The notes under the pieces: generated by a model
The model's database searches: none
Told to the model about the DNA's origin: nothing
The model's input: the letters and a program-made list of their open reading frames with translations, nothing else
Shown here: piece after piece, positions 8,544 to 18,000 of the stretch
Layout of the letters: every line of letters starts with the position of its first letter
Numbering within the stretch: the first letter of the stretch is position 1
Program-made: the position numbers and the translations under genes
NCBI GenBank assembly: GCA_963794945.1
Contig: CAWCFT010000004.1
Location: forward strand, 160,001-224,000
Source: Endomicrobiales bacterium
GTDB taxonomy: Bacteria > Elusimicrobiota > Endomicrobiia > Endomicrobiales > CAWCFT01
DNA length: 64,000 nt
Direction: 5' to 3'

Positions 8544-10622
8544 ATGCTATTACTTCAATTCGTCAAAAGCCGCCCGTTCATAGCACTGACTATTCTGTAC
8601 TGCGCTGTCCTTGTAGCCCTTGGCTACAGCGGTTTTTTTATTTCCCCTCCAAAACACGATATCGCGCGTTATATCTCTCCGTACGTTACTGAAGTGGCCG
8701 GCAGAGTAACGTCAATTACTGAAGAAACCGAGAACAAACAGGTGTTTATCTTAAAGGCAACCAGAGCGAACGGGCGCCGGTGCGGCGGGATGCTGCTTGT
8801 TCATTCGTTTTCGAAAGATATCAGGGCTAACGAAGGCGACATCATAAGGTTCCACTGCCTTATTGCCAAACCGCCGCCCTTGAGAAATCCCGGAGGGTAT
8901 GATTACGCCGAACGCCTCAGGCGTATGAACATCTATGCCGTTGCCTACATTTCATATTTCGAGAAAACCGGCTACAAATCCCCATCTTTATACAGCCGCC
9001 TGGCGAAAGCAGCCCACAATGATATGGTCGAGACCATGCGGAGAACGCTTGCCCCAGAAGCATCAGCCGTCCTTATACCAATGCTCATAGGCGACAAGCA
9101 GAGTTTATCGAATGAAGAAAAGGACAGGTTCACTGACGCCGGTGTAATGCACATACTGGTAGTGAGCGGCCTTAAGGTCGCTTATGTCGCGGGAACATTC
9201 TTGCTGCTGTTCCGTCTTATGGGCCTTAAACGCAGGTACGCTTCACTGCTCACGATACCTTTCCTGCTCATTTATATGACCGCAACGGGAAACAACCCGC
9301 CTGTCGTACGGGCAACTATAATGGCGATATGTATTTTTATCTCTATGTCGCTTAACCGCAGTTCCATCACTTACCAGGCGCTCGCAATCGCGGCCGCGGC
9401 AATACTTATTTTTGACCCCCAAGCGATTTTTTCAGCCAGCTTCCAGCTTTCGTTCGCGGCTACCATAGGCATTGTTTACCTTTACCCGTATCTGTTAAAA
9501 CCCTTCCAAACCTTCCCGTGGTGGTTTCGCAATCCTATCGGAGGGTCCATTGCGGTTTCTCTAGCATCACAGTTCGGGGTCATGCCTCTTCTATCCTACT
9601 ATTTCCATAAAATGTTCTTTGCCGGCATTATCAGCAACATACCGATAGTGCCCCTTACCGGCATAGTAACGGGCCTCGGTATCGTGCTCTATCTCGTTCA
9701 CTTTGTGTCCGGCCCCGTCACATCACTGCTAGCCTGGGTTACATCGCTTCTCATTAAAATACTTCTAATCCAAGTGCACTACTTTGCCGGCCTTCCTTAC
9801 GCGGCCGTGCATGTCGCTACTCCCAGCCTTTGGGTAATAGGCACGTATTATTTCTTTCTTTTGGGGATAGTGCAGGTACGTAGAATAAGGTATATGCCAC
9901 TTATACTCTGCGCAAGCGCCTCACTCATTCTTGGGGTGTTCCTTTTTCAGCACAATATGGATCAAAAGCGTATGGAAATAACATCACTCTACGCGGGCAA
10001 TGGAAGCGCGGCGCATATAATGTTCCCCGGAGGCAGGCATTGGCTGATAGATTGCGGCAGGGAAAGGGACGGGAAAAGAACTCTTTGCCCGTATTTATGG
10101 AGCAAAGGAATAGTAAGCATCGACAGGATCGTTATCACATCTGAAGATAAACGGCACTACGGCGGGTTGGATGCCGTAACAGATAATTTCGCTACTGCCG
10201 GTACAGTCCGCCCCGATTCGGTAACAAAACAAGAACAATACTTTGTTAACGGCGGCACAGTCACGATCGTGCCATTCTCGACAAAACAGGGGGCCTCGCT
10301 TAGTGTCCGCATCGATTATGCCGGCAAGAGGGTGGCTTTTGTCCAGCAGGAGAATTTGGCGGGAGACCGGTCGTGCGCCGCGTCAGATGTCCTCAATGTT
10401 TCTTGCCATGGAAAAGAACTTTATGCGATGTCTTCTATCCGGCCGCTGAAAGCACGCTCAATTATTCTCTCTGGGACCGTGCCGAAGGATACACCGGACA
10501 TGGAAGGCGTTTATCCTTTAAAGAAATGCGGGGCTGTTTCGTGCGTTGTAACATCCCAAGGGATAAGAGTTAAAGAGTTTATTGAAGCGAAATACTCTGC
10601 GGATACATACGATGACGAGTAG
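8544..10622 (+). CDS. comEC: DNA uptake competence protein ComEC/Rec2 with degenerate beta-lactamase-like C-terminus
   Basis: RNPGGYDY, HILVVSGL, SFQLSF, many TM helices, LIDCG. Confidence 0.92.
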   Translation: MLLLQFVKSRPFIALTILYCAVLVALGYSGFFISPPKHDIARYISPYVTEVAGRVTSITEETENKQVFILKATRANGRRCGGMLLVHSFSKDIRANEGDIIRFHCLIAKPPPLRNPGGYDYAERLRRMNIYAVAYISYFEKTGYKSPSLYSRLAKAAHNDMVETMRRTLAPEASAVLIPMLIGDKQSLSNEEKDRFTDAGVMHILVVSGLKVAYVAGTFLLLFRLMGLKRRYASLLTIPFLLIYMTATGNNPPVVRATIMAICIFISMSLNRSSITYQALAIAAAAILIFDPQAIFSASFQLSFAATIGIVYLYPYLLKPFQTFPWWFRNPIGGSIAVSLASQFGVMPLLSYYFHKMFFAGIISNIPIVPLTGIVTGLGIVLYLVHFVSGPVTSLLAWVTSLLIKILLIQVHYFAGLPYAAVHVATPSLWVIGTYYFFLLGIVQVRRIRYMPLILCASASLILGVFLFQHNMDQKRMEITSLYAGNGSAAHIMFPGGRHWLIDCGRERDGKRTLCPYLWSKGIVSIDRIVITSEDKRHYGGLDAVTDNFATAGTVRPDSVTKQEQYFVNGGTVTIVPFSTKQGASLSVRIDYAGKRVAFVQQENLAGDRSCAASDVLNVSCHGKELYAMSSIRPLKARSIILSGTVPKDTPDMEGVYPLKKCGAVSCVVTSQGIRVKEFIEAKYSADTYDDE

Positions 10623-10646
10623 AGGCCCGCTTTAAACCAAAAAGAA

Positions 10647-10683
10647 TCTGACTGCCCAGTACATTATAACTGGGCAGTCAGAT
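10647..10683. terminator. hairpin between convergent genes
   Basis: ATCTGACTGCCCAGT / ACTGGGCAGTCAGAT perfect inverted repeat. Confidence 0.7.
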
Positions 10684-10714
10684 CAAGGTTCAGCTTATAG
10701 CTCATCCCGATACC

Positions 10715-11740
10715 TTACTTACCGACAACCAGGATAACAAATGTATTTTTAATCGCTACCGGCCGCGGATTCGGATTTGCCTTAGTCGCCAGAGGCGCGG
10801 GCCCGAAATCGGCCGTGGGCATATATATGTAGTGAGTGGCGTAATCGATCGCCATGGTGCGCGCACCGCGCTGCGTAGGAACGGTCTCAGCCACAGTATA
10901 AGCGCCTGAAGACAATTGTACAACAGTAAGCGTACCTTCCCCGTTCGCGCTGAAGGCCAGCCCTGTCGCCGGGTCAAAACCGTTTCCGTCAACACCAGCA
11001 CCTATGGGCACAGTTGTAATTACTTTGCCGGCATCGGCGTCAACAACCGTCATCATGTTGTTGTGGCATCCCGAAAAGACTATATGGTGTTCCGCGTCGA
11101 GCCCCATGCCCGACGGTTCCTCGCCCGGCTTTATTGAAATTCGTTTCGTTAAAACAAGAGCTTTGCTGTCTATCTCAACGACTTCACTCGTGTCTTCCAT
11201 GTTAACATAAACTTTACCTTTGCCATCGGCAGCGGCGTACTCGGGCTTACCGCCAAGCGGGATAGTTTTTACCAGCATTCCCGATGCGGCGTCCAGTACG
11301 GCCGTGTCTTTACTGCGCCCGTTGAAAGAAAATATTTTTTTTGAAGCGGGATCGTATATGATGGCATCCGGGTTATCCCATACCTTCACCTGGCTGACAA
11401 CCTGAAGTAGATTCGTGTCAAATATCACTATCATATTGGCCTTGCCGCAGCTTATAAAACCGCGGTGGAACTCCGGGGCGATCGCTATGCCGTGCACGCC
11501 CTGGGTGTTGGGTATATCTCCGACAAGCTTGTTTGTGCCCAAGTCAATCACCGCCACGTGCGTCCCCCTGGAAACGAACAACCGGTGGGTAGCACTGTCT
11601 ACCGTCAGATAGTCCCATCCGCCCTCGCCGCCAAGTTTTATCTTATTAATCACATGGTACCCCGGCGCGTCCGTGAAAGCCAGCGCGCAAAACGCCATAC
11701 AGCCGATCAGATAAACTGTTCTTAAACAAAATCTTTTCAT
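10715..11740 (-). CDS. YncE/YVTN-type beta-propeller secreted protein
   Basis: Signal peptide; GGEGGWDYLTVD, GVHGIA, GARTMA motifs. Confidence 0.85.
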   Translation of the reverse strand: MKRFCLRTVYLIGCMAFCALAFTDAPGYHVINKIKLGGEGGWDYLTVDSATHRLFVSRGTHVAVIDLGTNKLVGDIPNTQGVHGIAIAPEFHRGFISCGKANMIVIFDTNLLQVVSQVKVWDNPDAIIYDPASKKIFSFNGRSKDTAVLDAASGMLVKTIPLGGKPEYAAADGKGKVYVNMEDTSEVVEIDSKALVLTKRISIKPGEEPSGMGLDAEHHIVFSGCHNNMMTVVDADAGKVITTVPIGAGVDGNGFDPATGLAFSANGEGTLTVVQLSSGAYTVAETVPTQRGARTMAIDYATHYIYMPTADFGPAPLATKANPNPRPVAIKNTFVILVVGK

Positions 11741-11758
11741 TGTGTTTCTCCTTTTTTA

Positions 11759-12583
11759 CTATCTCAGATTTGAAAGCCTGAACTGTGCTCGGCTGATTAT
11801 GTCTTTTTGCATCGGATAATTATGGATGATCCTTAAGTATAAATTGCGGGCCTTATTTACAGCATTATTCTGTTCAAATAGTTTTGCCATATTAAACAGG
11901 GCGATCACTTGTACCCTTCTTGTATTTGAGCCCTCGGTTTCCTGCATTACAGCGTTTTTAAATCTCTGTTTCCAAAAATTCATCTTATTATCCCAGGACA
12001 TATTTGTTACTTCGGGCGGTTGCTCATCGACAGATGCCTGTACGGGCTGGCCGGGCTGCGCCTTGGCCGGTTGATTTGCCGTCGCCGCGCTGCTGCGCGG
12101 AGAATCTTTCCAGTTTCTTTCGACTTCTACCGTGCAGGCTGTCAGCACCTCGCCTGTTTCGGTTTTAATAAGCCTCGCGTTGACTTCCGTTTTGTCCTGC
12201 GACAGGTCTATAAGCGTTCCCGTTACGATCGCTTCCACACCCAGCACTTTACCGATCTGTTTTGTGGTGTCCGGGTCTACAACCCCGGATTTTTCAAGGT
12301 TCATTTCATTGAAAACTTTATCAAGAAGGCTTCTTTCGATGACGACAATTCCATTCTTGCCCACGAGCCTCGTTGTGAGCCTCTCGGATATCTCTGTCGA
12401 GCCGCTGCTGGTAGATCCGTCGTGATAAGGAAATGCAAGTACCGCTATTTTTTTGTTCTTAAGTTCCTTAGCTCCTTTAGCGAGCGTCTTTGCGATCTTG
12501 TCATACTCGTCCGCCCTGGCAACACCCGCTACCCCGATGATCAATACCAACAAAACCGCCATACTTCTCATGAATGCCGTCAT
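11759..12583 (-). CDS. FlgO/CsgG/TolB-N-like periplasmic protein with C-terminal TPR-like helices
   Basis: IAVLAF, VIERSLLDKV, IGKVLGVEAIVTGT, VNARLIKTETGEVL. Confidence 0.75.
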   Translation of the reverse strand: MTAFMRSMAVLLVLIIGVAGVARADEYDKIAKTLAKGAKELKNKKIAVLAFPYHDGSTSSGSTEISERLTTRLVGKNGIVVIERSLLDKVFNEMNLEKSGVVDPDTTKQIGKVLGVEAIVTGTLIDLSQDKTEVNARLIKTETGEVLTACTVEVERNWKDSPRSSAATANQPAKAQPGQPVQASVDEQPPEVTNMSWDNKMNFWKQRFKNAVMQETEGSNTRRVQVIALFNMAKLFEQNNAVNKARNLYLRIIHNYPMQKDIISRAQFRLSNLR

Positions 12584-12665
12584 TTTCTCCTCCGCGCTTG
12601 CCTTAATATGACAATATCATACAATAAGATTTTTGTAGAAACAATACCTTTTAGAATTACTAAAT

Positions 12666-13530
12666 TCAGATCGTCCACTGGAACGCGGCGTACGCGAAAC
12701 GAGTGTTCGGGCCGTTGGTATCGCCTCCCGCCGAGAACAGGATATGGTGTTCATCGCTTAAATTTATGATAGCGCCGGCGTTCAGCCCTGTCTCACTGGT
12801 CACACTCTCGTCTTCAGGAGTAAAAGTGAATATCTCGGCGCCCAGCGTCAGCGCCTTTGAGAGGTCTCTCTGCAGCACCCATCCGCCCTGCCAAAAATCT
12901 TTGTCACCTGCGGCTGTCTTGTTGAACCAGTACCCGCCGCCCGCGTAAGTTGTCCAAGGACCAAAACTTTTCTGCAGCCATACCGGGATAAAAAGCGTTG
13001 CATGCCCGGCTCCCAAGCCTTGCGTACTGTCGCCGGTCGGCAGCCCTATGTGAGGGTAGACCGCCGCCTGCGGGCGCCATGACGTCTCCCGCGCAAATCG
13101 GTACTTAACGCCCACTGATAGGTCGCCTAAGCCAAATCGCGTTGATCTGCCCGGCATACTCGCGTAAGCCATGGGGGCCACCACATTGATATGCATTTCC
13201 GGCGCGGCGCCGTAGTTAGCGTCGATGTGAGGGGCTGTCCCGGTTGTATCAGCCATGCCGCGGTTATACATGGACGCCAGGTATACTTCCCAATGGCGCA
13301 GTTCCACGGGTTCGGGGTCATCGGTAACAAAGGGCTGGCCCGGCCCATGCGTTAGACGCAAGGCAAAATAGCGAAAAGCAGATAAAGAGTTTTACTAAAT
13401 GAGATGGTTGAAAATAACTTCCAATGATGTCATCCCCCGAATCCCGCAAGGCGGGATGAGGGATCTTGTCTATAACGAAAGGCAAGATTTCTCCCTGCCT
13501 CTTGGGCAGGTCGAAATGACAAAACTTCAT
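12666..13530 (-). CDS. outer-membrane beta-barrel 'transporter' (MetA-pathway/phenol-degradation-like), frameshift near 13340
   Basis: PFVTDDPEP, GLGDLSVGVKYRF, C-terminal FQWTI. The signal peptide (FSLFCLASNAWAG) is in the upstream frame; start uncertain. Confidence 0.7.
13428..13521. repeat. GTCAT..ATGAC palindromic MITE/REP-like element
   Basis: TGTCATCCCCCGAATCCCGCAAGGCGGGATGAGGGATCT...AGATTTCTCCCTGCCTCTTGGGCAGGTCGAAATGACA. Confidence 0.8.
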
Positions 13531-13598
13531 ATTTTTCAATTTTCCTAAATTGTATTCTCTATTCATATAACGATTGGCGAGCTGCCTGTTCACTAAAT

Positions 13599-13712
13599 AA
13601 AAAAGCTATACCGCAAAAGCGATACAGCGTTCAGATGGTCAACAGATTGTAATTAATCGCCCCTGCATGTTGTTCCCGACGATATAGATATACCTTCAGC
13701 CATATTATAGCA
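13599..13712 (-). ncRNA. candidate leader/attenuator or small RNA, copy 1 (extended -10, hairpin, intrinsic terminator)
   Basis: Homologous to 51943-52060. TGCTATAAT..CTGA A GGTA/TATC G TCGG..CTGAACG GCTGTATCGC/GCGGTATAGC T-run. Confidence 0.55.
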
Positions 13713-13772
13713 TATTATTTGTGACGGGCGGAAAACCCGTATTCTAGCCGCTATTCATGCGACTGTAACATA

Positions 13773-13801
13773 TTGACTCCGTAAAATGAATTTTATATGA
13801 T
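13773..13801 (+). promoter_or_regulatory. sigma70 promoter
   Basis: TTGACT-17 bp-TATGAT; AGGAGG RBS before 13876. Confidence 0.6.
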
Positions 13802-13875
13802 TGAGGCGACTTACACAGAACAACATTTTTCCTTTAGCAGGCGGGTAAGTTCTCACAAAGAGGAGGTGAAACCAC

Positions 13876-14280
13876 ATGTTTAAGAAATTAAGTATTCTTA
13901 CGGCAGCTGCATGCGTGTTCGCGTTCGCGGGGACAGTACTCGCCGACGATATGACAGCCACGCCGGCAGCCACGACAACTCAGACAGCGCCGGCTAAGCC
14001 TCACATGAAGACGTCGCTTATCTCCGGAGCAGTTGTTTCAGTTGACGTCGCGGCCAAGCAGCTTGTAGTAAAGAATTCGGAAGGCAAAATGGACAACGTC
14101 ACATTTGACGTAAGTGACCATGCGAATATCAGAAAGATGGGCAAAGAGATCGCCCTTACTGATATAGCCGCCGGCGACAAGGTAATGGTAGCGTTCATTC
14201 ACAAAGATGATAAGAGGATCGCTACTTCTATCAAAGTCAGAGCGCCAAAAGCCGCACCTGCTACACCCGCCGCACAGTAA
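13876..14280 (+). CDS. small secreted OB-fold-like (DUF5666-like) protein
   Basis: Signal peptide; GAVVSVDVAAKQLVVK..DIAAGDKVMV; strong RBS. Confidence 0.7.
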   Translation: MFKKLSILTAAACVFAFAGTVLADDMTATPAATTTQTAPAKPHMKTSLISGAVVSVDVAAKQLVVKNSEGKMDNVTFDVSDHANIRKMGKEIALTDIAAGDKVMVAFIHKDDKRIATSIKVRAPKAAPATPAAQ

Positions 14281-14295
14281 GAGCTCATAAATTCA

Positions 14296-14339
14296 TAAAT
14301 AAAAAACCCTCTGCGTCAAAACAGGGGGTTTTTTATTTA
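14296..14339. terminator. bidirectional intrinsic terminator
   Basis: TAAATAAAAAAACCCTCTG..CAGGGGGTTTTTTATTTA. Confidence 0.85.
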
Positions 14340-14363
14340 CCCAATTCCTTTATCTCGGTTTCA

Positions 14364-15015
14364 CTAATTGTTCAATGGCAAGCGCACTATAACCGTTGTC
14401 CCTTTCTTGGGCTCGCTTTCTATTTTTATTGTACCGTTGCGCAGCATAACTATCTGATGGCAGACAGCAAGGCCAAGCCCGGTGCCCTTTGCCTTTGTTG
14501 TAAAGAACGGGTCAAACAGCTTGTCCATCATTTCTTTCGGTATACCAGTTCCGTTATCCTCAACGCTTACCGTGAGATGCCCTTCCTCAACTCCGGCTTT
14601 CACCACGATCTTTCCCGACACATCCTGGACAGCGTCATATGCGTTATTTAAAATGTTGCTGAACAGCTCTTTCATCTGCACCTGGTCGGCTGTAAAAGTG
14701 ATATCGCCTTCTGTTCCGTACTCGGTTTGGACAGTTACTTCGCTGTTGGCGAACCGCGCTACCGCTATCTCAACGCAATCGTTGAGGATATCCCTCATAT
14801 TGATCTTTTCGAAGTGAGGCACCTTCAGCCTTGAATAAAAAAGCAGGTTGTTGATTATGTGGTCGCTCTCCGCTACTTTTTTTTGTATGTTGAACAAATG
14901 CTTGTCGAATTCATCTGTTTTTGACTTCCTTTTAATGTTATGGGCGGCCATCTTTATCGCGGCCAGGGGGTTCCTCAGCTCGTGAGCGACGGTCGTGGCG
15001 AGGGTGCCGATATCA
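14364..15015 (-). CDS. HisKA/HATPase C-terminal part of the frameshifted CheB-CheR-PAS kinase
   Basis: In-frame upstream of ORF 14951: DIGTLATTVAHELRNPL; then DNGTGI and GTGLGL. Confidence 0.85.
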
Positions 15016-18000
15016 GAACAGCCGCCGCGCGTGTTCCAGCTCTATCTGCTTGTCCAGCAGCTCCTTTGTCCTTTCTATCACCAGCTTTTCAAGAGTGTCT
15101 TTGTCCCGCTGTAAAACCTCTTCGGCCATTTTCTTTTCGGTGATATCCTGCACCAGCGACATGATGGATGACATACGCCCGTTTTTGTCTAGCATGACCG
15201 TGTTGTACCATATGCATTCGATGACATCACCGGCCTTGGTATAGTTCCGGTTGGAGGAAACCACCAGGGGTTCCTTGCCGCTGCCAAGCCTTTCTATTGT
15301 GCGGTTAACTTTGGGGATGTCGTCAACGTAGATCATGTTGAGATCCATTATCGGCTTGCCTATTGTCTCTTCCCTTTTCCAGCCGAACATCCGCTCGGCC
15401 TCGGCCGACCACTGGGTAACTATGTAATTGGAGTCCCACTCCACCACTGCCAAGGGCGAATTCTCAAAATGGAACTTCAGCCGCTGTTCGCTCTCCCGCA
15501 GAGCCTCTTCCACATACTTGCGTTCACTGAAGTCTTCGGTGTGCATGATGATTTTGTCAGTTGGAATATATGCAACAGTGATACGAACAAATATTTCTTT
15601 TCCCGTGCTATTCATACGATAATTCTTTTCAATATTTATGGTACTTTTGTTTTTATAGACTACCGCGAAAGCTTCTAATATATCAGGATCAGACTTATAT
15701 ATTTCACTTGCTGATTTACCGACATATTCCGGCATCTTGCCATTCGTAAATTTTATCGCTGCTTCGTTGTATTCCTTTATAATAAAATCATTTCCGGTTT
15801 TCTCAAACACAACGGTTGAATAGGGTAATCCTCGAAATAGAGACCTGAATCGTTCCTCGCTTTCCCGCAGAGCTCCCTCCGCTTTCTTGCGCTCTGTAAT
15901 ATCTAGGTGGACCCAAAGGCGTCCATACAACTTATCGTTGAAGCGTATAGGAATAAAATTCCTTAGCAAAGTCCGTTCACCGGCCATCAGGACGTCTTCG
16001 CCTATGGCAGGTTGGCCGAGGCTTATAATCTCTCGGATACGGGCCAAGGCCGCATCGGGGTCTCTGTAGCGATCCTTTATCTTTTCGATCATTTCATTAT
16101 CGGTCAGGTTTGCAAGGCTTTCGGGGCGATCTTTCAGAGAGAATATATTGCAGAAAGCCTGGTTGGCAAATTCCACCCGGTCTTCATCGGTCACTAAAAG
16201 TACCGCCGATTGCATATTGGAAAGGATAAGATAGAACCTCTGCATGGTGGCCTGCAGTTTCTCCTCGGCCTGTTTGCTCTCGGTTATGTCGCGATTGGTT
16301 TCAAGCACTATTTGCCGGCCAATGTTATCAGTAATCAACTGGTGCCGGCTCTCAACGATGATAGTTCTGCCGTCCTTCGTAGTATGTTCCAATTCCCCGG
16401 CCCAGGTTTTGTCCTTAGCGAGAATTTCTTTAATTTTGTTTAACCCCTGAGTGTGCACTGTCTTTAACAACTCGTGGCTGACCCGTCCCAGCGCTTCTTC
16501 GCTGCTGTACCCGTACATTTGCCTGGCTCCGTTGTTCCAGGAGATAATTGCTCCGTCATATTCCCACGCGAATATAGCTTCATAGGACAAATTGAGCATC
16601 TCCGCCTGCCTGCGAAGCCGGTTCTCGGAATTTTTCAGATCAGTTATGTCGTTGCCTACGCAGAGTATTTCCTTGAGCGCGCCCTTCTCGTCCCTGATGG
16701 CCTTGTTGGCCCAGATTATCCATGCCCGTTCGCCATTCTTTTTAATGTTCTGGTTCTCGCTGTACTTGAATTTCTCAGGGTCGTTTAGCACTTGTTCTGA
16801 AAGCCTGGTCAGGTCCGCGCCAGTGACAGAATCGCTGTCCGGCACCATTTTCATGATGCTATGGCCCACGATCTCTTCCCGCGAGTACCCAAAAAACGCC
16901 AGGCCGAAATCATTGATGTAGCTGACTGTGCCGTCCGGTGCATAGCGGATTATGATACTGTTGGCGGTCTCAATAAGGTCTCTGTAGCTCTTCTCGCTGG
17001 CCTTCAGATCCTGTTCCATGCTCTTCTGGTCGGATATATCATTGAACGAAGCAACGACACCGAGCATATTTCCGTCTTCGGTACGGATCGGGGCCGCGCT
17101 GGCCGAGATCCACAGTTTACGGCCGTTAATTTCTATGCCCAGTATCACGTTTGCTGTTGTTTCCCCGCGCAGGGCGCGGGCCACAGGGATCTCATCGGGA
17201 GGGAACGGCTGGCCATTTTCTTTGATCCAGAGCAACTTGCGTGACCGCTCGTTTAAAGTTGCGCCGAAAAATAACTCTTGCGGCAGAACATCTCTTGCCG
17301 CTTTGTTCATGCGTAAAGCTTTGCCATTCATGTCATAGATGATAAGGCCGGTGGCCGCAGATGATATTGTCGCTTCCAGCTCAGCAGCCCGATTCTCTGC
17401 TTCGGTCTTTAGATAGGCCATCTCCTCTGCGACACGCTTGCGTCCGGTGATATCCGTAACAAACGAGTAGTAATAAAGCGGTTTCCCGTCCGAATCTTTC
17501 ACCAGGTGCACCAGCAGTTCGACGGGCACACGGGTGCCGTCTCTTCTAATATATTCTTTCTCGTAGCGAACGGACAATCCGGTCTTGTGCAGCTCTTCCA
17601 GTTTCGCCCGCTCTATCTCATGCCATTCCGCCGGCGTAAGGGCTTTGTCCCAATCGATGGACCCCAGCTCGGCTTTGGCGTATCCAGAAAGCTCTTCGAA
17701 TGCCTTATTCATAAGCCCCAGTTTTCCGTCAGGGTAGCCGATAGCGAACGGCTGGGACGATGACTCAAGGATGTCGGCGAGGAACTCATTTTGCCGCCTG
17801 CTGGCCTCAAGAGCTTCTTCGGCTTTTTTTCGTGTAGTTATATCTTTTCCATAAACGTTGACATATCCCTCTTCGGCAATAGGCGTGAAAGTCAGCTGAT
17901 AAACAGCTTTCCCGTACTCTATTTCAATTTCACACGTCTCTAAGGTTTCTGAACACCGTGCGGCCGCCTCTTGTATATTCTGCGGAACTATATCATTAAC

